Positions 1 through 8,469 of a stretch of 42,212 nucleotides of DNA are shown piece by piece. The translations under genes were made by a program, and so were the position numbers. The DNA lies in the IMG/VR virus record IMGVR_UViG_2695420595_000014, positions 1-42,212 of that record, one strand, 5' to 3'. Every line of letters begins with the position of its first letter. Within the stretch, counting starts at the first letter, position 1. Under the pieces are notes generated by a model. It was not told where the DNA came from and did not search any database. It saw nothing but the letters and a program-made list of their open reading frames with translations. Origin of the DNA: a virus (Duplodnaviria; Heunggongvirae; Uroviricota; Caudoviricetes).

Positions 1-1248
1 ATGGCACTGAATATTCCATTCAGAAATGCGTACTATCGTTTTGCATCCAGTTACTCATTTCTCTTTTTTATTTCCTGGTCGCTGTGGTGGTCGTTATACG
101 CTATTTGGCTGAAAGGACATCTAGGGTTGACAGGGACGGAATTAGGTACACTTTATTCGGTCAACCAGTTTACCAGCATTCTATTTATGATGTTCTACGG
201 CATCGTTCAGGATAAACTCGGTCTGAAGAAACCGCTCATCTGGTGTATGAGTTTCATCCTGGTCTTGACCGGACCGTTTATGATTTACGTTTATGAACCG
301 TTACTGCAAAGCAATTTTTCTGTAGGTCTAATTCTGGGGGCGCTATTTTTTGGCTTGGGGTATCTGGCGGGATGCGGTTTGCTTGATAGCTTCACCGAAA
401 AAATGGCGCGAAATTTTCATTTCGAATATGGAACAGCGCGCGCCTGGGGATCTTTTGGCTATGCTATTGGCGCGTTCTTTGCCGGCATATTTTTTAGTAT
501 CAGTCCCCATATCAACTTCTGGTTGGTCTCGCTATTTGGCGCTGTATTTATGATGATCAACATGCGTTTTAAAGATAAGGATCACCAGTGCGTAGCGGCA
601 GATGCGGGAGGGGTAAAAAAAGAGGATTTTATCGCAGTTTTCAAGGATCGAAACTTCTGGGTTTTCGTCATATTTATTGTGGGGACGTGGTCTTTCTATA
701 ACATTTTTGATCAACAACTTTTTCCTGTCTTTTATGCAGGTTTATTCGAATCACACGATGTAGGAACGCGCCTGTATGGTTATCTCAACTCATTCCAGGT
801 GGTACTCGAAGCGCTGTGCATGGCGATTATTCCTTTCTTTGTGAATCGGGTAGGGCCAAAAAATGCATTACTTATCGGAGTTGTGATTATGGCGTTGCGT
901 ATCCTTTCCTGCGCGCTGTTCGTTAACCCCTGGATTATTTCATTAGTGAAGTTGTTACATGCCATTGAGGTTCCACTTTGTGTCATATCCGTCTTCAAAT
1001 ACAGCGTGGCAAACTTTGATAAGCGCCTGTCGTCGACGATCTTTCTGATTGGTTTTCAAATTGCCAGTTCGCTTGGGATTGTGCTGCTTTCAACGCCGAC
1101 TGGGATACTCTTTGACCACGCAGGCTACCAGACAGTTTTCTTCGCAATTTCGGGTATTGTCTGCCTGATGTTGCTATTTGGCATTTTCTTCTTGAGTAAA
1201 AAACGCGAGCAAATAGTTATGGAAACGCCTGTACCTTCAGCAATATAG
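1..1248 (+). CDS. cscB: Sucrose:H+ symporter, LacY-family MFS permease (415 aa)
   Basis: Full-length ORF; 12-TM oligosaccharide:H+ symporter architecture; translation matches CscB as I recall it (MALNIPFRNAYYRF... start). Confidence 0.8.
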   Translation: MALNIPFRNAYYRFASSYSFLFFISWSLWWSLYAIWLKGHLGLTGTELGTLYSVNQFTSILFMMFYGIVQDKLGLKKPLIWCMSFILVLTGPFMIYVYEPLLQSNFSVGLILGALFFGLGYLAGCGLLDSFTEKMARNFHFEYGTARAWGSFGYAIGAFFAGIFFSISPHINFWLVSLFGAVFMMINMRFKDKDHQCVAADAGGVKKEDFIAVFKDRNFWVFVIFIVGTWSFYNIFDQQLFPVFYAGLFESHDVGTRLYGYLNSFQVVLEALCMAIIPFFVNRVGPKNALLIGVVIMALRILSCALFVNPWIISLVKLLHAIEVPLCVISVFKYSVANFDKRLSSTIFLIGFQIASSLGIVLLSTPTGILFDHAGYQTVFFAISGIVCLMLLFGIFFLSKKREQIVMETPVPSAI

Positions 1249-1689
1249 ACGTAAACTTTTTCCGGTTGTTGTCGATAGCTCTATATCCCTCAACCGGAAA
1301 ATAATAATAGTAAAATGCTTAGCCCTGCTAATAATCGCCTAATCCAAACGCCTCATTCATGTTCTGGTACAGTCGCTCAAATGTACTTCAGATGCGCGGT
1401 TCGCTGATTTCCAGGACATTGTCGTCATTCAGTGACCTGTCCCGTGTATCACGGTCCTGCGAATTCATCAAGGAATGCATTGCGGAGTGAAGTATCGAGT
1501 CACGCCATATTTCGCTATCAGGATTCTGTGTGATGGTTACATCGCCCGGCTCAGGGCTGTTTAGTCATCAGCGCTTTCTGACAGTGCTGAGATTTCAACC
1601 TGTTGCAGTAAAAATGAGTAGATATAAGGCAAGTGTGCTGCCAAACCCATCTTTTACGGGGTGAAGGTAGATTTCGTTTGAAGGGTATC

Positions 1690-1704
1690 TGGTGTCCCCT
1701 GCAG
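1690..1704. repeat. attL core (copy of the argW 3' terminal 15 nt)
   Basis: Exact 15-nt match to 41130..41144; sequences diverge immediately on the prophage side. Confidence 0.8.
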
Positions 1705-1777
1705 ACATCTACTTGACGAGGCAGGGGATTGATTGGAATGGTGTTTTTTAGATATGAGAAATATTTTACCCGCTATT

Positions 1778-1978
1778 TTACCCATTGGCGCGGCTTAAGA
1801 GCTTATTTTTGAATTCACAATGGTCACGATATAACCATCTTGCTCGCCCGTGGATAACTTTGGCTTTAGGCAGGTCCCCGGACTTAATCCGGTCATAGAT
1901 GAAGGTTTTACCGAAGCCAGTATCGGCCATGATGAATTTCAAATCAACCAGTGAATCAGGCTGTAGTTCGTGTTGCAT
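1778..1978 (-). CDS. torI: Excisionase / recombination directionality factor, Xis/AlpA family (66 aa)
   Basis: 66-aa ORF MQHELQPDSLVDLKFIMADTGFGKTFIYDRIKSGDLPKAKVIHGRARW...; matches TorI of KplE1 from memory; sits at the end opposite the integrase. Confidence 0.8.
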   Translation of the reverse strand: MQHELQPDSLVDLKFIMADTGFGKTFIYDRIKSGDLPKAKVIHGRARWLYRDHCEFKNKLLSRANG

Positions 1979-1997
1979 GAGTGCTATCTCCGAATAG

Positions 1998-2013
1998 GGA
2001 ATCGAACCTGCAA
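1998..2013. repeat. Second tRNA-Arg-derived segment (16 nt), internal to the prophage
   Basis: ggaatcgaacctgcaa is identical to argW positions 41144..41159 (T-arm region), just upstream of the torI start. Confidence 0.6.
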
Positions 2014-2020
2014 ATCAGGC

Positions 2021-2044
2021 AATAAAAAAACCGCATTGATGCGG
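2021..2044 (-). terminator. Rho-independent terminator (minus strand) between the 114-aa gene and torI
   Basis: Hairpin ccgca-ttga-tgcgg followed on the minus strand by a 9-nt T run. Confidence 0.6.
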
Positions 2045-2103
2045 CAATGGCAGGTCTGGATATCTTGAGAAATGAACAGGCCTCATCGAGTGTGAGGCTG
2101 TGG

Positions 2104-2448
2104 TTAGTCCTTGCGTAACTCGCTAATTCTTCTGTAAGTCTCTGGTGCTTTGTTTCCGTGTATCTTCATTTCAGACTTCAACAGAGCAACGAGGGAATCC
2201 CATTCGTTGAGGATGCCTTTGAATGCCGGAACGCGCTTTGCAACCTTGTCGAATGAATCTCTGATTTCTGGGATCTGCTCAACAAGTGCAACGCATCGTC
2301 GGAAATCGGCTGCGTCATGTGGAGCGCCGAAGTGATGACCATAGATATTCTTTTTCAGTCCACATGCGATTGAGGCAAGAGTTGCGCTACTGATGCCGAC
2401 ATCGCCAGTCGATTGCCATTTCAAAACCTTCATAGCCAAATCTGACAT
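2104..2448 (-). CDS. Hypothetical protein (114 aa from the SD-supported ATG), terminator-flanked
   Basis: ORF 2104..2475; internal ATG at 2448 preceded by GGAGA; hairpins on both sides. Confidence 0.55.
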   Translation of the reverse strand: MSDLAMKVLKWQSTGDVGISSATLASIACGLKKNIYGHHFGAPHDAADFRRCVALVEQIPEIRDSFDKVAKRVPAFKGILNEWDSLVALLKSEMKIHGNKAPETYRRISELRKD

Positions 2449-2461
2449 TTCTTGTCTCCAA

Positions 2462-2482
2462 TAAAAAACCGCCATCAGGCGG
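2462..2482 (-). terminator. Putative intra-operon terminator/attenuator hairpin
   Basis: ccgcc-atca-ggcgg hairpin followed on the minus strand by TTTTTTA; overlaps the stop of the upstream small ORF. Confidence 0.4.
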
Positions 2483-2642
2483 CTTGGTGTTCTTTCAGTT
2501 CTTCAATTCGAATATTGGTTACGTCTGCATGTGCTATCTGCGCCCATATCATCCAGTGGTTATAGCAGTCGTTGATGTCCTCTGCTTCGATAACCCTGTC
2601 GAATGGCTCTCCATTCCATTCACCTGTGACTCGGAAGTGCAT
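2475..2642 (-). CDS. Small hypothetical protein (55 aa), not in the ORF track
   Basis: ATG at 2642 with GGAGA SD; MHFRVTGEWNGEPFDRVIEAEDINDCYNHW... Confidence 0.35.
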   Translation of the reverse strand: MHFRVTGEWNGEPFDRVIEAEDINDCYNHWMIWAQIAHADVTNIRIEELKEHQAA

Positions 2643-2800
2643 TTATCATCTCCATAAAACAAAACCCGCCGTAGCGAGTTCAGATAAAAGAAATCCCCGC
2701 GAGTGCGAGGATTGTTATTGTCTTTTCTTCGTGCATTTGTCGCACTTTCGGCACCATCCAGATAGGCACATCCGTCCGCAATTAACACATATAGGCCACA

Positions 2801-3079
2801 TCATTTTTCCTCTTTTGGTTTATGAATCTGAATGGTCATGCCGCTTTGAGTGGTGACTACAATGACAGAACCAGGCTGAAGACTGTTAAGATTGAATGCT
2901 TCGTAAAACGAATCCAAGGCCAGCGTTTTTTTATTCTTTCGGTTCCACCAACGCCATCCCTTGCTACAGGCTACACTGACAATCCACTGCCCACTCCTGT
3001 AAGCCATATAAAACCAGATGAGCAAAACCTGAAGGAATGCTATCCAGTCAATAATCGTATATTTCGCGAAGGAGTCCAT
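2801..3079 (-). CDS. Small protein with N-terminal hydrophobic helix (92 aa)
   Basis: ATGA overlap with the upstream gene; hydrophobic N-terminus IIDWIAFLQVLLIWFYMAY. Confidence 0.5.
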   Translation of the reverse strand: MDSFAKYTIIDWIAFLQVLLIWFYMAYRSGQWIVSVACSKGWRWWNRKNKKTLALDSFYEAFNLNSLQPGSVIVVTTQSGMTIQIHKPKEEK

Positions 3080-3945
3080 CACTTCACCTCCTGCTGCGGT
3101 GCTGCTGGCATTTCACGCCAGTGCGTAACTGAGTGCGGATCCGGATATTCAGTGCCATCATCCCAGCGATTGCCATTCCACATTGCAGACCACATCTCAC
3201 CGTCTTCATACATGACCATTACCGGAATTAACTTATCCGGCATTCGCTCACTACAGCTTATCCAACCATCCGGAGTTACCGGAACTTGCGGAATGGCTGT
3301 CTGCTCTCGAACGTCATTAGGCGCTATAGGTTCTGCTGCCAACTGACTGGCATATTTGTTAATGGTAACGATAAGCTCTTGCTCAGCCTCATCCAGACAA
3401 TCACCGATACCTCGCCTGTCACCGTCAAAATCATCGAAATCGGCACGAATCTTGGCAACCTTCAGGATTGCGGACAACACTTCACTAGGAATTACCGGAT
3501 AGTTGGTTGACGTTTCCGCGATTTCCCGAAAATTATTGGTTGACGAATTCTTATTTTCCCGAAAGTTTCCGGACTGAAGCATGGCGGCGCGGCAGGCGTT
3601 CCAGCCTCTCACCTCTGCAATAGCGGCAACAGCATCAACCGCGTACATGCTAAGAGGATTAGGCATTGGTTTTTCTTCCGGTACTACTGGAACGGGGGGA
3701 GCGGCGTAGACCTCAATAATTCCATTATCAATAGGCCATTCTCCATCCTTGAGGTAGTCACTTGTGCCGTCAACTTGCTGTTCTGCAATGTGGAATGCAC
3801 CTATTGGTTTTGCTTCCAGCGATGCCAGAGCAATCCGTGCCAGTTCTTCCGCTTCTTCTGCTGGCAGTACAACGTTGCTACCCGGTCCGTATGTTTCGCG
3901 CCACTGCTTGATTGTCAGCAGTCGCTCTTTGGTTATAGTGGTCAT
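3079..3945 (-). CDS. Hypothetical phage early protein (288 aa) with Trp-rich C-terminal domain (DUF551-like)
   Basis: ORF with GAGG SD; C-terminus WISCSERMPD...WNGNRWDDGTEYPDPHSVTHWREMP resembles the DUF551 pattern (from memory). Confidence 0.6.
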   Translation of the reverse strand: MTTITKERLLTIKQWRETYGPGSNVVLPAEEAEELARIALASLEAKPIGAFHIAEQQVDGTSDYLKDGEWPIDNGIIEVYAAPPVPVVPEEKPMPNPLSMYAVDAVAAIAEVRGWNACRAAMLQSGNFRENKNSSTNNFREIAETSTNYPVIPSEVLSAILKVAKIRADFDDFDGDRRGIGDCLDEAEQELIVTINKYASQLAAEPIAPNDVREQTAIPQVPVTPDGWISCSERMPDKLIPVMVMYEDGEMWSAMWNGNRWDDGTEYPDPHSVTHWREMPAAPQQEVK

Positions 3946-3955
3946 TTGTTATGCC

Positions 3956-4153
3956 TCAATACACGAAATCTGTTTTAAATTCATGGTTACATTCTGGACA
4001 GCATGTTTCGTAACCTTTTATTTCTTCACATGCCTGTTTAGCTCCAGAAAACTCCCAGAAATCTGGATCACAAAGCAGATCGAAATTGTGACCACATTTG
4101 GGACATTCGGTATCAAGTGACAGACTCCAGTAGGCAGTGATGTTTTTATCCAT
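3956..4153 (-). CDS. Small zinc-ribbon protein (65 aa)
   Basis: Two Cys pairs (CPKCG ... CCPEC); strong AAGGAGAG SD before the ATG at 4153. Confidence 0.55.
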   Translation of the reverse strand: MDKNITAYWSLSLDTECPKCGHNFDLLCDPDFWEFSGAKQACEEIKGYETCCPECNHEFKTDFVY

Positions 4154-4154
4154 A

Positions 4155-4655
4155 TCACTCTCCTTTGATGCGAATGCCTGTTGCAATGCTGTTTATGATG
4201 CTGTCAGTGCATGGGGTAGAAAGCTGGGCATCTCCAGCAATTTTCATGACCTCAACATCTGCATATCGAATACCGAGGTGTATCAGACCGGCTATGCCTG
4301 ACTTAAGCCGAGCATTTTCCATAAATAGAACTTTTGCCCGCTGTTTTTCTGCTTCAAGCTCAACACGCAGCTTCCCTACCGTTAGCGCAATATCCTCGTT
4401 CTCCTGGTCGCGGCGTTTGATGTATTGCTGGTTTCTTTCCAGCTCATCCAGCAGCGCCCGAACTACATCAGCGGTTTTCTGGCACTGGTCAACAATGCTA
4501 ACGTCACAACCAGTATCGAAACCGTCCTCAGTTTCAAAGCGGAGCTCTACAGAGTCGCCGTCGATATCAGATGGTTCGAACCCGGCAATGTTTTCCAGAA
4601 TGCCGATTATGCTTTCTGCGCTATGACGTAATGCGCGTTTGTCGATGTTGCTCAT
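4155..4655 (-). CDS. Hypothetical phage early protein (166 aa)
   Basis: ORF; ATGA overlap with the upstream gene. Confidence 0.55.
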   Translation of the reverse strand: MSNIDKRALRHSAESIIGILENIAGFEPSDIDGDSVELRFETEDGFDTGCDVSIVDQCQKTADVVRALLDELERNQQYIKRRDQENEDIALTVGKLRVELEAEKQRAKVLFMENARLKSGIAGLIHLGIRYADVEVMKIAGDAQLSTPCTDSIINSIATGIRIKGE

Positions 4656-4933
4656 TGGGCGGCCTCCGGTATTTTTCTTGCGCTGAATTGAGGTACATGT
4701 TCCATTTCAACCGTGAATACACCTACGCTCTCACCGTCAATGAATAGCTCGATATCCAACGGCCAGTCAGATTCCAAGCCGTCATGATTGTCAAAATAAT
4801 CAAGGGAGGCATCCTGAGACAAGCATTCCAATTCCCACTCAGAAATGAGCTCATCGATGTGTCGAGGATCGAGAAAAAACGCATCCTCAGGAAACGTGCC
4901 TGCATCTCTAACTACGTACTGGATTACGCTCAT
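4652..4933 (-). CDS. Hypothetical acidic protein (93 aa)
   Basis: ORF; internal ATG at 4933 overlaps the upstream stop (ATGA). Confidence 0.5.
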   Translation of the reverse strand: MSVIQYVVRDAGTFPEDAFFLDPRHIDELISEWELECLSQDASLDYFDNHDGLESDWPLDIELFIDGESVGVFTVEMEHVPQFSARKIPEAAQ

Positions 4934-5373
4934 TGGTTGCCTCCTTTGCGAAGCTGGGCAGCAATACTTACGCATATCTCTGCGCATCTAATCAGCCCCG
5001 GAACGTTCTTGTTTGGCCCAACTTCACCATCAACAAAATCAATCATCGCGTTACGAGCCATCTCCACACCCTGCGCCCGCACTTCAGCCAGGAAGGCGTC
5101 GGTGGCTGGGGTTCCCTCTACCACTAACCCTACTGGAGCTAGATATTCTTTCATCCCCGCATTCTCCACAGCCAGCGCCGCGCACTTGTCCTCAAGGTTA
5201 TCAATCGTGATTCCAGCAGAACGACACTCCCGCAACGCAGTTTCCAGTTTTGATTCAAGTTCACCGAACTTACGGACAAGATATTCAGCGTTTGTTTCGT
5301 TAACCTTTAAATCTCGTGGGATGCATTTACCTTTCAGAAAACCATCCATCTCAATTAGTGACATTTGTTTCAT
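4930..5373 (-). CDS. Hypothetical phage early protein (147 aa)
   Basis: ORF; start at 5373 overlaps the stop of the upstream small ORF. Confidence 0.5.
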   Translation of the reverse strand: MKQMSLIEMDGFLKGKCIPRDLKVNETNAEYLVRKFGELESKLETALRECRSAGITIDNLEDKCAALAVENAGMKEYLAPVGLVVEGTPATDAFLAEVRAQGVEMARNAMIDFVDGEVGPNKNVPGLIRCAEICVSIAAQLRKGGNQ

Positions 5374-5534
5374 TTCTTCCCACTCCGCCACATTGCATTC
5401 AGATATTTGTTTTGATTCACTGATGGAAAAGAATTTCTCTTAAGCAATTCCTCTCTCGATGGCATTGGCTTTACGCGTTGGCGAATAATCATTTCTGCCG
5501 GAAGAATGCCGAGATTGTATGCAAGTCCTCTCAT
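5370..5534 (-). CDS. Small hypothetical protein (54 aa), not in the ORF track
   Basis: ATG at 5534 overlapping the upstream stop (ATGA); uninterrupted to TGA at 5370. Confidence 0.35.
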   Translation of the reverse strand: MRGLAYNLGILPAEMIIRQRVKPMPSREELLKRNSFPSVNQNKYLNAMWRSGKK

Positions 5535-5821
5535 GATTTACTCTCCACGAACTGGTCAATAGCCATGCTAAGTGATACACCTAAAGTCTCGATATGCTGC
5601 TGAATATCCTGTAGCGTCTGCGCCTGAGATAACAGGATTTCACGGTTGCATAACTCTTTGACCAGATGCTCAAACTTGCTGTAATAACCGATACGGCTTA
5701 GTGTTTCTTTCCCTGCATTCTCGCCTTCTTTGATAATTCCTCTTTCACTAAGAATCAGGTCGTGTTTTGTTCCGGTAATAACGTATTTGCCGAGGTCGAT
5801 GTTTAGCTTCATTGTTTTCAT
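5531..5821 (-). CDS. Hypothetical protein (about 96 aa)
   Basis: ORF; preferred start MKTMKL at 5821 with GAGGA SD. Confidence 0.45.
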   Translation of the reverse strand: MKTMKLNIDLGKYVITGTKHDLILSERGIIKEGENAGKETLSRIGYYSKFEHLVKELCNREILLSQAQTLQDIQQHIETLGVSLSMAIDQFVESKS

Positions 5822-5831
5822 TGTTAATTCC

Positions 5832-6125
5832 TCAGTCATTACTGATAGCGCCATAGCGTGAGCGGTAATTACGCAGGCGCGGGTCAATTTCAGGGAAGTG
5901 GGTATATGTGGCTTTGCGGAATGGTCGGATTGATGTCTGGTAAATTCGCTCGCGTTCTTCTTTCTCTGCAAGCCATATACAATGGCGAAATTCCTTTTCC
6001 TCTTTCGTTTCCTGCGGTAGCGACATTATCCGATCGTAGTTTTTTCTGAATTTATCCAGCACCTCCGATACGGAATTGCCGGAACAGCGGCGCGCGTCAT
6101 CCGCACCATACAAAGGCGCTGGCAT
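5832..6125 (-). CDS. Hypothetical protein (97 aa)
   Basis: ORF with GGAGA SD. Confidence 0.5.
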   Translation of the reverse strand: MPAPLYGADDARRCSGNSVSEVLDKFRKNYDRIMSLPQETKEEKEFRHCIWLAEKEERERIYQTSIRPFRKATYTHFPEIDPRLRNYRSRYGAISND

Positions 6126-6141
6126 GTTTTTCTCCGGTTGA

Positions 6142-6690
6142 TTATTTAGCTAACTTTTTCCAGATCGCTGAAACGTATTTGGCTTGGTGGATGGCATCAT
6201 CAAGCGCGTTGTGGCGAGTTCCTTTGAATGGCATATCTCGCTTAGGGTCGAATCCTATTACCTTTCCAAGCTCGACGATTGTTCTTACGTCGCGGTCATT
6301 CCACCACTGCCACGGAACTGGCTGCCCTGTCAGCGAATAACTGTTGCGGAGAATAACGCAGTCAAATGATGCTCCATTCCCCCAAACCTGAACGAATTTG
6401 TGGTTAGCGTTCTTTATGATGAATTCAGATAACCATGAAAGAGCCGTTGAAAGCTCTTGAGTGTTGCTGGTTAGCGATTTTCTGGCTTCTTCACTCTGTT
6501 CCATCCACCATAAAATCGTTGAAGCGTCAGGACGCGCCCGATATCGCATTGATGACTCAAGCGAGATATTTACCGAGAACTCTTCTCCTGTTTCTCCGGT
6601 ATTCGGGTCAAAGAATACCGCCCCAATAGAAATAACTGGCGCGTATGGCCCGTTGCCCATTGTTTCAAGGTCAACCATCAAGTGATTCAT
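6142..6690 (-). CDS. DnaQ-like (DEDD) 3'-5' exonuclease (182 aa)
   Basis: N-terminal MVDLETMG (Exo I motif), later HNALDDA motif; AAGGAC SD. Confidence 0.7.
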   Translation of the reverse strand: MNHLMVDLETMGNGPYAPVISIGAVFFDPNTGETGEEFSVNISLESSMRYRARPDASTILWWMEQSEEARKSLTSNTQELSTALSWLSEFIIKNANHKFVQVWGNGASFDCVILRNSYSLTGQPVPWQWWNDRDVRTIVELGKVIGFDPKRDMPFKGTRHNALDDAIHQAKYVSAIWKKLAK

Positions 6691-6698
6691 GTAAGTCC

Positions 6699-7214
6699 TT
6701 AAATTGCGTGAATAGCGTGACGAGGGAAGGGGAGAGTTACTGGTGCAAAGGGGATATCGTCGTCAAAATCCATAGGTGGTTCGCTGTGATTTCCCTGCTG
6801 CTGAGGTTGCTGTCTTTGTTGCTGACCGTTATTTTGCTGAGGTGAAGACTGTTCATTGCCTCCTTGCTTGCCACCAAGCATTTGCATGGTTCCACCAACG
6901 CCCACGATGACTTCGGTAGTGAACCGATCCTGTCCGCTTTGATCCTGCCATTTTCTTGTCCGCAATTTGCCTTCAAGATAAACCTCAGAGCCTTTTCGCA
7001 GATATTCGCTGGCAATTTCTGCCAGTTTCCCGCTCATTACCACACGGTGCCACTCCGTCTGCTCCTTTTGCTCTCCAGTTTGCTTATCACGCCATTGTTC
7101 TGACGTAGCAACTGTAAGGTTTGCAAATGCCGTTCCTGATGGTGAATATCTGATTTCTGGATCATGCCCAAGGCGACCAATAATGATCACCTTATTTACG
7201 CCTCTGCTTGCCAT
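6699..7214 (-). CDS. ssb: Single-stranded DNA-binding protein with 15-aa extension after the DDDIPF tail
   Basis: OB-fold N-terminus ([16 protein letters not shown]...), Gly/Gln-rich linker, acidic tail DFDDDIPF, then [15 protein letters not shown] before the stop. Confidence 0.85.
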   Translation of the reverse strand: MASRGVNKVIIIGRLGHDPEIRYSPSGTAFANLTVATSEQWRDKQTGEQKEQTEWHRVVMSGKLAEIASEYLRKGSEVYLEGKLRTRKWQDQSGQDRFTTEVIVGVGGTMQMLGGKQGGNEQSSPQQNNGQQQRQQPQQQGNHSEPPMDFDDDIPFAPVTLPFPRHAIHAI

Positions 7215-7922
7215 TTATGCCGCCTGTTTTAGCTCGTTAACTCTGATGTTCATTACCTGAACGCATTTAGCCTGCGCCTCCTCGTTTCCAGCCATTAATT
7301 GCCAGTCATGCTGATAACGCTCGATGAGTTTTTTCTTGTCAGTTTCTGTCGCTGCATAATCGCTGAAGTCTTTCAGGATTTGTTCGCAGTCAACCGATGG
7401 AGATTTCTGGTTGGTATTTTCTGGTGATGGTTTGTTATCTGATGCTGGTATTGCCCATCCCGGCAGCGATGGAGGGAGCCAGTAAAATCCTGTTCCATCC
7501 TTGAGTTTTGCCCTGTGCCACCCCTGCTTTTTATCGAGAGATGTTTGTGCGAAACCTTCCTCAAGGTTATACAGATACCGACCGATTCCCCACTGAACGG
7601 CAGCGCGCTTCATTGCACCGGAACGACCACCTTTGACGGCTTCTACCTGCGTGTTTTCAGCAGCATCCCATTTGGTTACCCATTCGGAATCAATCTTTAT
7701 TGATATGCCGCATTCAACGCCGCCGTTGTTGGGAATATCGCGGTATTCATTGCGCCATCCTGCTTTGCCGCAAACATCGTCCAGGCGTTTCATGATTGCC
7801 CTGTTCGTGACATAAGCCAGCACCATAGCCCACACCTTGCCATCGCGTGTTTTACCGCTTTGCTGTATTCGCCATTCGATATCTTCGTGGCTGAATGGCT
7901 CATCGAATTTATTCAAATCCAT
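7215..7922 (-). CDS. Single-strand annealing recombinase with Erf-like C-terminal domain (235 aa)
   Basis: C-terminus ...YAATETDKKKLIERYQHDWQL...CVQVMNIRVNELKQ matches the P22 Erf C-terminal region from memory; sits beside ssb as in P22-like recombination modules. Confidence 0.55.
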   Translation of the reverse strand: MDLNKFDEPFSHEDIEWRIQQSGKTRDGKVWAMVLAYVTNRAIMKRLDDVCGKAGWRNEYRDIPNNGGVECGISIKIDSEWVTKWDAAENTQVEAVKGGRSGAMKRAAVQWGIGRYLYNLEEGFAQTSLDKKQGWHRAKLKDGTGFYWLPPSLPGWAIPASDNKPSPENTNQKSPSVDCEQILKDFSDYAATETDKKKLIERYQHDWQLMAGNEEAQAKCVQVMNIRVNELKQAA

Positions 7923-8021
7923 AATTCACCTCAGAATGGACACGGCCCAAGGAAATAACGCTGATTTAATACTTCGACTCGGGACAAATTAAGGCATACC
8001 CGCATTCCTTCGCGGTCACCA

Positions 8022-8180
8022 TTATGGCGATACCAGAGAGCTTTCTGCGTGTACATGCGTCTCTGTAACTTGCTCTCCTTCACTGTGGTTGCAAGTGACA
8101 TGAATATCTCCTTCGTTACCGATTAATTCTTTCATCTGACGAATGAATTCTTCGTCTGACCAGTTATCTGTAAAACTCAT
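8022..8180 (-). CDS. Small protein (52 aa), not in the ORF track
   Basis: ATGA overlap with the kil-like gene; MSFTDNWSDEEFIRQMKELIG... Confidence 0.3.
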   Translation of the reverse strand: MSFTDNWSDEEFIRQMKELIGNEGDIHVTCNHSEGEQVTETHVHAESSLVSP

Positions 8181-8329
8181 TTCCTGCGATACCACGGATG
8201 GTTGATAGCTGATTTCATCGCTTTATTTGCTTCAAGCCACATTTTTGAATCACCAATAAATCTGGCTATTACTGCTTTGTTTTGTGCAGCACGAAGCATC
8301 TGGTGATTGATGGCTATTTCATTGCGCAT
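8177..8329 (-). CDS. kil: Kil-like small protein (50 aa)
   Basis: GAGGT SD; ...ARFIGDSKMW... resembles lambda Kil (from memory); next to the cIII-like gene as in lambda. Confidence 0.45.
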   Translation of the reverse strand: MRNEIAINHQMLRAAQNKAVIARFIGDSKMWLEANKAMKSAINHPWYRRK

Positions 8330-8445
8330 AATAAGACCTCAACTCTTTTCCATCCGTCACGTAATTTACGGGTGATTCGTTCAAGTAAAGATTCATTTAA
8401 TTGGAAGGCACCCATGCGAGCGCCTCCCGCGATTGCGTAAATCAT
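8314..8445 (-). CDS. cIII: CIII-like protease inhibitor (43 aa)
   Basis: ESLLERITRKLRDGWKR matches the conserved core of lambda CIII. Confidence 0.6.
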   Translation of the reverse strand: MIYAIAGGARMGAFQLNESLLERITRKLRDGWKRVEVLLCAMK

Positions 8446-8469
8446 GGGTGGTTCCTTATGTTGGTTTTA

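Noticed and set aside
1262-1297. Inverted repeat ccggttg ... caaccgg after cscB as a terminator
   Set aside because: The loop is 22 nt and there is no downstream T run on the plus strand; not convincing as an intrinsic terminator.
2549-2856. ORFs 2549..2788 (minus) and 2572..2856 (plus)
   Set aside because: Neither has a credible start context; the interval is better explained by the 55-aa SD-supported gene 2475..2642 plus an intergenic region.
4165-4626. 153-aa plus-strand ORF
   Set aside because: Opposite strand of the 166-aa early gene, which is part of a translationally coupled minus-strand chain; Ser-rich composition typical of antisense frames.
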